Positions 12,599-23,700 of a DNA stretch of 64,000 nt are shown piece after piece (positions within the stretch are counted from its first letter, which is position 1; every line of letters begins with the position of its first letter). The notes under the pieces were generated by a model. That model was not told the origin of the DNA and searched no databases. It saw only the letters and a program-made list of their open reading frames with translations. The position numbers and the translations under genes are program-made. The DNA comes from Azolla caroliniana (taxonomy: Eukaryota > Plantae > Polypodiophyta): assembly GCA_043228905.1 (NCBI GenBank), contig JBHGNT010000013.1:21018001-21082000 (forward strand), in the 5' to 3' direction.

Positions 12599-13004
12599 TG
12601 TTACTGATTAGGAACATTGTCTACGTTCAGTCCTTCGAGGTAGACCTCAAGGTGACCATGTTACAAGAAATAGAACCTTCGTACCATAAATCGTAATGGG
12701 ATACTCCCTTGTATCCAAGTAGCGGATAAGGGAGACGACTACAACCGAACTCCTTAGGAAGCGCCTACACCCTTACGATTAACAGTACGCAAAAGAGAAA
12801 CCAAGAACGCAATCGAGAAAGCCACGAGAAAATAGTATTCTATTAGAAAAAATCTCTATACTCCAAAATTGCACGCTACCTCTTACAGAGGGTTTTTAGC
12901 CGTTCACGCTAACCGTGTGAACCATTACATTTGTTTCTTAACGCTTTACTACATTATAATATTTCTGCGCTTCTGTCCGTCGGTTACGATTCCGGTGGAC
13001 AACA
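12599..13004 (-). repeat. 5' LTR of the Ty3 element 4066-13004
   Basis: Termini TGTTGTCC...CAGTAACA on the - strand, followed by TGGCACGCCTGGTG. Confidence 0.8.
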
Positions 13005-13104
13005 CCTACCGGTTCCCACTTGGGTCTGGCTCTTGGTTCCGCATATCGATCCAACTTTGGCTTATTCATCCGATCCTGATCTGGTTGAGCTTGTCCGCTC
13101 AACA
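13005..13104 (-). repeat. 5' fragment of a copia-type LTR (related to 26625-27050), cut by the Ty3 insertion
   Basis: Reverse complement tgttgagcggacaagctcaaccagatcaggatcggatgaataagc resembles tgttgagcgagcaaggtcaacttgatccagatcgggtgaataagc at 26625. Confidence 0.65.
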
Positions 13105-16100
13105 GTAAGCATGGTGTTATCAATAGGGTATGCGATGTGTATGAACCCTTGATGAAGACTTTGCAATTGCAAAGTGATGCATGAAATGTATTCTTAAGTG
13201 TTAAGAATTAGGTAATTAAGCAAGGGTTAATAAGTACCTAATTATGTGATTAAGTTAAGCGGAAGATTAAGTGATATGTGTGTGTATGTGTGTGAGAGGA
13301 AGAGAGAGAGAAGTACACTTATGAGCAACACAGATGGGGGATGATTAACTCTAAATTAAATTAGCAGTATCATCATCAAATACAAAAATACCTACAATGA
13401 GGTATATATCGATCTCATGTGCAAGGGTGCACATGTGTGAGGATATTATAGGTACAAAAGTGTAAGTCCTATATTAAATGTACTTGGGAGTGGAGGATCT
13501 AGAATATCCCACTTAAGTACAAGGTGCTAGTTAAGGCGTTATAGTCAACACTTCTAACTAGATTCGATCTAGGTAACTATGAAGTCACATGGTTGACTAA
13601 CTAACTAAACTAAGTTGAGGTTGATCTTTCAACACGCCCCCTTAAGCTCAAGTGTAAGGCGTCCGACATCCAGTTCTGCTTTTGGCGTTGTCCGGCTTTT
13701 GATGTCGGCTTTTGTGCAGCTTCTGTCCGACCTTCAACTTTCTTCCTTGTGGCAATCTCGGGTCCTCCCCCCCAAGCCGGTTGCGAAGGCTTGTAGTGTG
13801 TGGGCGAAGGCCGACTACTTCCACCCATCGTGGGGTACGAGCCGCTTCGGTGGAGCTCTTGGGCTCTTGTTTAGCCGCTACCTTCCTCGTGAAGGCATAT
13901 TGATGGGCCATGTACTCGTTGTAGTTGAGCCGAGTGACAGGGTTCTTAGCTCTAGATGAGCGTCGAAGTTTTTCGCCCGCTGATGTGAGCGCCTTCTTTA
14001 CTCCGGGTGTTCGCATGATGGGTACACCAAACTCAATGTCTAGTGAGCGAGCCGACACATCCGAATCACTGTCGTCTAGGTGGTCGACTTCGTATTCGGG
14101 CATCTTACCTTTGCCTTTTCCCAAGGTACTACTTGGCCGCGATGCGCTTGGGTCGCGCAGGGGCTCTTGTGGCCTATTAAGCCTTGTCGTAATCGGACTT
14201 TCTTCGAACATATGTTCAAAGTGATCTCCATCTTCTACCTCTTGTTCGGCAGATTTCAGGTCGAGTGGAGTGAGAGTTGAAGTTGTCTCCAGTGCATACC
14301 AGGATGCGGACTCGTCGAAGACTATGTCTCGACATACCCGAACCGGTCGGGTAGAAGGGTTGTAGCACTTGTATGCCTTCTTCTTGGACGAGTATCCTAT
14401 GAGGATACATTCCTCCGACTTCGCATTGGGCTTTTGTCATTGTTTGTTCGGGATGTGTACATTTGCAATACATCATGAACTTCCTTCCGACGAGGAGCTC
14501 GTATGGAGCTAGCTCATGCACTCCATTAGTGGTGCATCGATTCATGAGATAGACGGCCGTGGATGCCCTTCGGCCCAATAGAAATTCTTCATGTGCTTCT
14601 CATGCATCATGGCGCGTGCTACCTTGAGTATTTGCCGATTCTTTCTTTCGGCTACTCCATTTTGTTGGGGTGTGTGTCGGCACAAGAATTCTCTCTGAAT
14701 GCCTTCATTTTTGAAGTACTCCTTTCCTCCGTCTGATCGTAGGCATCGAATGTGCCGACCGATTTCTTTTTCGACTTGTCCCTTGAGTTTTTGAAAATGG
14801 GAGAGCACTTCACTCTTCTTCTCCATCGGAAAGATCCACGTGTAGCGGGAGTAGTCGTCGATGAAGGTGACGTAGTATCGGCATCCGCCGATCATCGGCG
14901 TTTGAGCTGGTCCCCATACATCCAAGTGTAAGATGTTGAGGAGGCCTTTGCTTGTGGAGCTCATTTGCCGACCTTGTTCGGAATGGGAGCCCCCCCTTCT
15001 TTCGAAGGTTCCTTGATCATGGCTTCCGTCATCTTGATGTCGAAGGTTTGAGCTCCCTTCGTGAGATGGGTCGAATCGACCTCTTCTACCGCCTCAACCT
15101 CGTCCTCGCCCACCATCCGAATTCGAGAAGAACATTTGTCCTTCCGATGTCTTGGTTTTCATTTGGACATGGTTCTCTTCAACCATTAGCATTGATTAAA
15201 GGTCAAAGAACAAGGGAGAATTTTCCCTCACCAAGGTTGCCGTCCTGAACGAGTTGAATCGTTGAGCGAGGCCGCCCAAGCATACTTGAACCATCTCGTC
15301 TTCGTCGACGTTTATTTTGATGGAGCCAAGTGAGTCACAAATGTTCTTGATCTTGGCGGTGTAGTCCGACACAGACATGTCTTTTTGCCGAATGTTCATC
15401 AACTCTTGTCGGAGTTGAAGCTTTCAGGCGGTTGAGTTGGCGGCGAACATTTTCTTTAAGTTCGCCCACGTTTCTTTAGGCGTCTTGGCGTTTCGAATGT
15501 GGCTAAGCATGTGGTCCTGGACACATGTTGCCAAGCAATACACAACTTGACTCACCTCTTGCTCCTATGCTGCGTAGTCGGCGTTCTTTGAGTTGGGTCG
15601 ATTTTCTTGTGCGCCGTTGATGTAGCTCCAATACCCTTGGCTGACAAGCTATTGGTTCATCTTGTACTCCCAAGATGAATAATTGCTTTGGTCTAGCTTT
15701 TCACTAGGGAGCGAGCTACCCATTTGTGTGTTCATTTTGATGTAGTGTTTTCCTTTTTCGATTTCCTTCGCTCAATCACTTACTCATGCTACGTAGCGGC
15801 ACTACGGTAGCGGATAACTAGATTTTGCTGTCGGCGTCTCGAACACACAATCAAGGAGTCAGGTGGGCTTAGTGGATTTTCTAAACCACACTCTCTAATA
15901 CTATGTTAAGAATTAGGTAATTAAGCAAGGGTTAATTAGTACCTAATTATGTGATTAAGTTAAGTGGAAGATTAAGTTATATGTGTGTGAGAGGAAGAGA
16001 GAGAGAAGTACACTTATGAGCAACACAAGATGGGGGATGATTAACTCTAAATTAAATTAGCAGTATCATCATCAAATACAAAAATACCTACAATGAGGTA

Positions 16101-17900
16101 TATATCGATCTCATGTGCAAGGGTGCACATATGTGAGGATATTATAGGTACAAAAGTGTAAGTCCTAGGATATCCCACTTAAGTACAAGGTGCTAGTTAA
16201 GGCGTTATAGTCAACACTTCTAAGTAGATTCTATCTAGGTAACTATGAAGTTACATGGTTGACTAACTAACTAAACTAAGTTGAGCATGATCTCTCAACA
16301 TTAAGTTTAAGAAACTTCAAAGTAGTGTATATGATTCACTTCCTTGCAGATGTACTTAAAAAATCATGTCTACGTTAAGTATAGAATTCCAAATGGAATA
16401 TGTGGATGTGACATGCATTGGAGGTTTGGCTATGATAGCCATTGGGGAGATAGAAGAACAATTTCTGCATCATGTTATGATGGATCTCAATGGTTTTGAG
16501 AAGGATAGCAATAATTATCCAGTTATTCGGAATATGGTCGAGAAAAAGTAGTTTTACGAGATGCCACAAAAGGTAATATGTATAAAAGCATCCTCATTGA
16601 TAGAAGTATTGATGGCGAGGACTTAATTGAAGCCATACGATTCCAAACTTTGTTTTCTAAGCCAGTAATAGAGACAATAAAAAAGATGCTTCAAGATCCG
16701 GTGACTCTTTCAACATTGAAAATGGAAAATGTTATCACCAATGAACATGTCTACCAGATATACAAGCATTTTACTAGCACGAAAAACTATGGGTCTTAAT
16801 GATTTGAAAACACTTGGAAATGTTTACGGCATTAAAAAAATGATAGATGGGAAAGAAGTTTTTGCCATAATTGATAATGATAAATTGTATGATTAATATG
16901 CAATTTTCAAAAGGCAAGCTACCACGTAATGGCTTCAAAGAGATTTCTTAGATGTTTGGGGTATGATAAATTGTAAAGATGTGTGGAAAGAAAAGCTACC
17001 CGAGCTTCTAAAGCTTTCATTGATAGGGCTAATTCAATGTTCTTCTATGGAAGCATGTGAGAGAGGCTTTAGTCGCCTAAATCTAATAAAAAATAAGTTC
17101 AGAAATAGCCTAAAAAGCGATATGGTTGATGCATTAATACGATTCTCTATTGAAGGACTTGAACTAGAAGAACATGACTTCAATGCCAACATTTAGTTGT
17201 GGTGAGAGAGCAAGGCATATCGTCATATTTTTACAGGAACTTCTCATGAAATAGAAGATGACTTCGAGGACTTCATAGAAGATATAGGTTGAAATTTTGT
17301 AGATTTGATCAATTTTGTTTTGAAACTTTATATATATTAGGTTTAATTTTATCTAATATGTTGTTAATGCTAGTTTACAAAGTTTTGAAATGTGAATTTT
17401 GTTTACAATGTTACTAAAGGTTTTTGGTAAATATATATATTTAGTTTTTGGGATCCGAAATTTTGTGATTGATTTGATTTGGTGTTGTGCAGTATGTGCT
17501 AAATGTTTTTTATCAACATGTTCTGGTTGACATTGTCGCTAGTAGGAACGTGGCTAGTTGAAATTTTAAAATTCCAGTTAGGTTGATAAGAAGCATGAAA
17601 ATTTCCAGTAGGGGCTAGAGACTTTGCCCAACACTGGTTGTGACCTTGTATTGAATTATACATGTCCTTGACGATTGTTGTAGATCCTACATTGCTCTTC
17701 AAGGCATTCCTAGGTATATATAGTTAGCATCAAATCTTGATAAATTTTGATCTCGTGTTATGATTATATGTCATTGGTAACAATTGACAACAATTCCGTT
17801 CGGTTCAAGAGTGTAAAACTCAAACCGTTTAAGAAATTTGAAACTTAAATTGAATTGAACTGAATCATGAAAGAATTTAAACTGAATTTAAACTGAACCA
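13105..17900 (+). mobile_element. hAT DNA transposon remnant, copy 1 (transposase pseudogene 13105-13198 + 16301-17290, then 3' subterminal region), interrupted by copia 13199-16300
   Basis: hAT C-terminal dimerisation motif PELLKLSLIGLIQCSSMEACERGFSRLNLIKNKFRNSL; the reading frame continues across the copia TSD (NVFLS/LRNFKVVYMIHFLADVL). Confidence 0.8.
13199..16300 (-). mobile_element. Non-autonomous Ty1/copia element with two LTRs (13199-13634, 15904-16300), gag and integrase remnants, no RT/RNase H
   Basis: TSD TTAAG (13194-13198 / 16301-16305); PPT aagggggcg next to the left LTR; degenerate tRNA-iMet PBS tagtattagag; gag MGSSLPSEKLDQSNY; integrase HLDVWGP..RSDGGKEY..QQNGVAERKNR. Confidence 0.92.
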
Positions 17901-20410
17901 CGACGTAGGCTATGATATGAGCTAATAAAATCTAAGATTTAAAATTCAAGCCAAAAGACATGAAGGAAAATGTAAAGTTGTGGTAGAAGTCATGCAGGGC
18001 CAAGCAAGAGTGCTGGCATAAATAAAAAAGGTCATGGCATCCTTATATGATATCGTATTTCAGAGTTCATACAGTGAAATCGAAGCCAACTATGTAGGAT
18101 ATGATATGAGCTAATAAAATCTAAGCTTTGAAATTCAAACCAAGAGACATGAAGGAAAATGTAAGGTTCTGGTAGAAGTCATGCAGGGGAAAACAAGAGC
18201 GCGCACATGAATCAAAAAGGTAATGGCGTCCTCAAAGGATATCGGATTTCCAAGTTCAAATAGTTGACTCGAAGCCCACGACATAGGATATATGATATGA
18301 GCTAATAAAATCTAAGTTTTGAAATTCAAGGCAAGAGACATGAAGGAAAATGTAAAGTTGTGGTAGAAGTCATGCAGGGACAAACAAGAGCGCCCACATG
18401 AATCAAAAAGGTCATGGTGCCCTCATATGATATTGGATTTCCGAGTTAAAATAGTTAAATCGAAGCCAACGACGTAGGCTATGATTTCAACTAACAAAAT
18501 CATAGCTTTGAAATTCAAATCAAGCGACATGAAGGAAAATGTAAAGTTGTGGAAGAAGTCATGCAGGGGCAAGCAAGAGCGCCCACATGAAGCAAAAAGG
18601 TCATGGCATCCTCATATGATATCGTATTTGAGAGTTAAAATAGTTGAATCGAAGCCAACTATGTAGGATATGATATGAGCTAATATAATCTAAGCTTTGA
18701 AATGTAGGCCAAGAGACATGAAGGAAAATGTAAAGTTGTGGTAGAAGTCAAGTAGGGGAAAACAAGAGCGCCCACATGAATCAAAAAGGTAATGGCGTCC
18801 TCATATGTTATCTGATTTCCGAGTTCAAATAGTTGAATCGAAGACAATGACATAGGCAGGCCATGATATGAGCTAATAAAATTGAAGCTTTGAAACTCAA
18901 GACAAAAGACATGAAGGAAAATGTAAAGTTGTGTTAGAAGTCAATACGGGGCAAACACGAGTGCCCACATGAATCAAAAAAGTCATGGAGTCCTCATATG
19001 ATATCGGATTTCCGAGTTCATATAGTTGAATCAAAGCCAACGACATAGGCTATCATATCAGCTAATAAAATCTATGTTTTGAAATATACGCCAAGAGACA
19101 TGAAGGAATATGTAAAGTTGTGGTCGAATACATGGAGGGGCAAGCAAGAGTGCCGACATTAATAAAAAAGGTCAGGGCGTCCTCATACGATATCATATTT
19201 CCGAGTTCAAATAGTTGAATCAAAGCCAACAACGTAGGCTCTAATATCAGCTAATCAAATCTAAGCTTAGAAATTCAAGCCAAGAGAGATGAAGGAAACT
19301 GTAAAGTTGTGGTAGAAGTCAATCAGGGGCAATCACGAGCGCCCACATGAATCAGAAAGGTCATGGCATACTCATAATATAGGATTTCAGAGTTCAAACA
19401 ATGACTCGAAGCCAACGCTCTAGGCTATGATATGAGCTTATAAAATCTAAGCTTTGAAATTCAAGCCAAGAGACATGAAGGAAAATGTAAAGTTGTGGTA
19501 GAAGTCATGCAGGGGTAAAACAAGAGCGCCCACATGAATAAAAAAAGGTAATGGCGTCCTCATATGATATCAGAGTTCCGAGTTCAAATTGTTGAATCGA
19601 AGCCAATGATGTTGGCTATGATATTAGCTAATAGAATCGAAGATTTGAAATTCAAGACAACAGACATGAAGGAAAATGTAAAGTTGTGGTAGAAGTCAAT
19701 CAGGGGCGAACACGAGCCACCACATGAATCAAAAAGGTCTTGGCGTAATCATATGATATCGGATTACATAGTTCAAATAGTTAAATCGAAGCCAACGAGG
19801 TAGGCTATGATATCAGCTAATAAAATCTATGTTTTTAAATATAGGCCAAAAGAAAGGAATGAAAATGTAAAGTTCTCATAGAAGACATGGAGGGGTAAGC
19901 AAGAGCGCTGACGTAAATAAAAAAGGTCATGGCATCCTTATATGATATCGGATTTCTGAGTTCAAATAGTTGACTTGAAGCCAATGACGTAGGTTATCAT
20001 ATGAGCTAATAAAATCTAAGCTTTGAAATTCAAGCCAAGATACATGAAGGAAAATGTAAGGTTGTGGTAGAAGTCATGCAGGGGAAAATAAGAGCGCCCA
20101 CATGAATGAAAAAGGTAATGGCATCCTCATATGATATCAGAATTCCGAGTTCAAATAGCTGAATTGAAGCCAACGACGTAGGCTATAATATGGGGTAATA
20201 AAATCTATGTTTTGAAATATAGGCCAAGAGACATGAAGGAAAATGTGAAGTTGTGGTAGAAGTCATGCAGCGGCAAACAAGAGCGCCCACATGAATCAGA
20301 AAGGTCATGGCATCCGTATATGATATTGGATTTCCAAGTTCAAATAGTTGAATCGAAGCCAACATCGTAGGCTACGATATGAGCTAATAAAATCCAAGCT
20401 TTGAAATTCG
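17899..20410. repeat. Satellite array, ~13 copies of a ~189-bp monomer
   Basis: gtagg(c/a)tatgatatgagctaataaaatctaag...gacatgaaggaaaatgtaaagttgtggtagaagtc recurs every ~189 bp from ~17906 to ~20367. Confidence 0.95.
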
Positions 20411-20786
20411 GCACATCCGAACAAGTGGGAATGAGTGGTAGCGGCGCCAGAGTCAAGAAGGACAGAGCCGACCGGAAGGAGAAGGCCAAGACCCGGACAG
20501 GGTCTGATGTGGTGAGGGGCCTAAAACCGGAAGACGAGTTGGAAAACACCGACTCGGACAAGAGCGGGAACGAATCGGAGACAACCGATTCGCTTCAACA
20601 GTTGGATTCAGAGGAGCCGTATCAACTAAAGGCCAAGCGGACATGGATGCAGCGAAAGTCGACGCCAACATGTAGGAACCGACGGGTGGACAAGCACCGG
20701 AGTCGCAATAGCGAGGGAGGTGAAATGGGCATGTTGAGGAGACAAGCCGATCGAGGAGGTCGAGGTGCGCAAAACCAGAAGGGTTG

Positions 20787-23700
20787 TGTCATGATATGGC
20801 AAGACTCGAACCCATGACCTTAAGGTATATGGGTCGAGCTCTTAACCATCACACCATCTATTGTAATTCATAGGATATTATTTTCATTTATGTTTTATTA
20901 TAAGAAAGTAATGTATATTCCAGATTTCTCTGGAACATTCTAGAAGTTTCAGGATTACTCTTGACATCACTATAAAAGAAGGCACTAGGCATTATGTTGA
21001 ACCAAATTGGTTCAACGCCAGTCTTAAGCCTCTTAGCCGCTTTGTAGTTATCTTTTCACATAATATATTAGCTGTTGTCATCATCTTTCTCTCTCTCTCA
21101 TCCTCGCTATCTCTCTCTCTCCTCTTCTCACTTCCTCTCTCGGGAATCTCACGCAGTCCAGTCTTCTTAGTACTAATAGTACTTCCCTTCTTAGTACTAA
21201 TTCCATCTCTGCTTTAGTACTATTCCTGATAGTTTGAACCAATTTTTTCCTTTCCTCCAGCCTACTTGTCGTTCTCCCTCATCCTCCTACCCTTTTCCCT
21301 ATACTATGGCTACTGTTAGTGCCCAAGAATATCAATCCGTTTTCTCCGAGTTACAGTGCCTAAAAGAAAAGTTTGTTGTCCTGGAACAAGAAAACCAATG
21401 GTTGATAGGGGATCTGCAACAAATCGCTCTCGAAAAACAACAAACACAACAACAACATGGGGAGTTAGCATTACGGGTACAACAACTCGAAGCAGCGTTG
21501 CAACAACAAGGATCAAGTCCCCAAGGATTTCATAAAGAGCGCAAGATTGGACTTCCTGTGAAATTTGATGGAACGCGATCGCAATTCCGGGGATTCCTTA
21601 ATCAGGTATGCTTAGTCATCCAGATGCATCCTTCCCGATATCCCACTGATGCATCTCGAGTCGCACTAATAGGCACGTTACTTAGCGGCTCAGCCTTGGC
21701 ATGGTTCGCTCCGCTTCTAGAAAAACAATCACCCTTGCTTAATAACTTTGAAGATTTTATTGGTGAGTTTAAAACCTGCTTTGGAGATACCGACAACATC
21801 AGGACGGCGATCAACAAGATCCGAAGATTGCGTCAAGGCGATCGTCCAGCCTCTGCCTACGCGGCGGATTTCCGTCTACTCGCCACAGATATTCCCTGGG
21901 ATGATCATTCCCTCATGGAGCAGTTTCACTACGGCTTGTGCAATGATGTCAAAGATCTGCTTTTAACCTTCCTCGAAGAACCAAAGTCTCTTACGGAGGC
22001 AATCAGTCGAGCGGTCCGATGCGACAACCGCCTTTTCGAACGGCGTTCGGAGCGTCAGTTACAAATACCACGCTCTCGGCCGGAACCCACATACGCCTCA
22101 GTCACGAATAAACCATTTGCACGCGATGTACCTCAAGCCAATATTCCGACACCGATGGAGATCGACACCATGCGTCGACGCGGCCCGTTATCGGAAGAAG
22201 AAAAACAACGATGACGTGCCAATCGATTATGCCTTTATTGCGGTGGACCAGGGCATATCGCCATCAATTGTCCCCATAGGCCAAGAAGACAGGTAAATCA
22301 AATCGTCGCCTGTACTAAACCCGAGTCAATTCTTCCCTTCGGAGTGTCTGATAGTATTAATAGTACTAATAGAGTGTTAGATAGTATTCATAGTACTAAT
22401 AGCCCAAGTATCTCAAACAAATTTGAAATCCTTAGTCAATTAGATGAAGAGTTAAACGATTGAGTCCAGCCAAAATAGGAGCCGTTTGGTTGGACAACAG
22501 CCCTAGATCTGTACAGCCCATTAGTGGTTCCATTCCTTCCAAGCTAATTAGCAATGTGTTCCTAGCCCAAGTCATTGTTAGTACTAAAAGTACTCCCCCA
22601 GTACCCGTCCTAGCACTCTTAGATTCCGGGGCTAATTCTTGTTTCATGGATCGAAATTTTGCCCAAGCTTCTCAGATATCCCTAAGAAAACTTCCTTGTC
22701 CCGCATCTATAGTAGTCATTGATGGTCGTCCCATTGCTTCCGGGAATATTGTAGAAGAATCAGAACCCATTCAAGTTGTCCTAGGTAGTTTTGTGTGTGT
22801 AATATCATTTAATATAATTAGTAGTCCAGAGCATCCCATTGTCCTAGGATTACCTTGGTTTGAATTACATAATCCAGCCATAGATTGGAGAACAAGAGAA
22901 GTCCGATATCGACCACCCCAAGAATCTACTCACCGAGTTTCGACCATTTCACTCCATCAATTACGTGATGAAGGACACAAGGAGGCAATGTTCCTATTTG
23001 CAATATCAGTACATCCTTCCAACACTATTAAGAAGGACTCCTCAGTACAACTTCCGGCAAAATATCATCCTTATGCCGATGTATTTGACAAGGTAAAAGC
23101 CGGTACCCTTCCTCATCACCGTCCCTATGACTGTCCCATCGATTTACAACCAGGAACCGAGCCACCATGGGGACCAATTTACAACTTGTCACCCACTGAG
23201 TTAGAAGTCCTTCGAGCCTACATAGAGGAGAACTTGGCAAGCGGGTTCATCCGTCATTCCAGATCTCCGGCCGGTGCACCCATCTTCTTTGTCAAGAAGA
23301 AAGATGGCTCACTTCGTCTCGTCGTTGGTTACCGCGGATTGAATAAGGTCACCATCCGGAATAGGTATGCACTTCCTCTTATATCAAGTCTTTTAGAGCG
23401 AGTTAATGGTGCCTAGTTTTTTACCAAAATCGATCTACGAGGAGTGTATAACCTCGTGCGGATCAGACCGGGAGATGAATGGAAGACCGCCTTTCGCACG
23501 TGGTATGGGCATTTCGAGTATACTGTTATGCCGTTCAACCTAACCAATGCACCCACAGTCTTCCAACACATGGCAAATGATATATTCAAAGACCTCTTGG
23601 ATATCTATTTGATCATCTATCTTGATGATCTATTGATTTATTCGAAGACCCAGCAAGAGCACGATTCTCATGTACTATTAGTACTAAAGCGACTCCGCGA

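Larger units (their letters stand above)
4066..13004 (-). mobile_element. Degenerate non-chromovirus Ty3/gypsy LTR retrotransposon (Athila/Phygy-like layout) with an extra 3' ORF region; left (3') LTR truncated
   Basis: 5' LTR 12599-13004 (TG..CA); tRNA-Arg-type PBS at 12581-12594; gag-PR-RT-RH-IN order; ~60-bp remnant at 4066-4126 matches 12945-13004. Confidence 0.85.

Noticed and set aside
17899-20410. Regularly spaced conserved blocks resembling a CRISPR array
   Set aside because: The intervening sequences are homologous to each other (whole 189-bp monomer repeats), there are no cas genes, and the context is eukaryotic.
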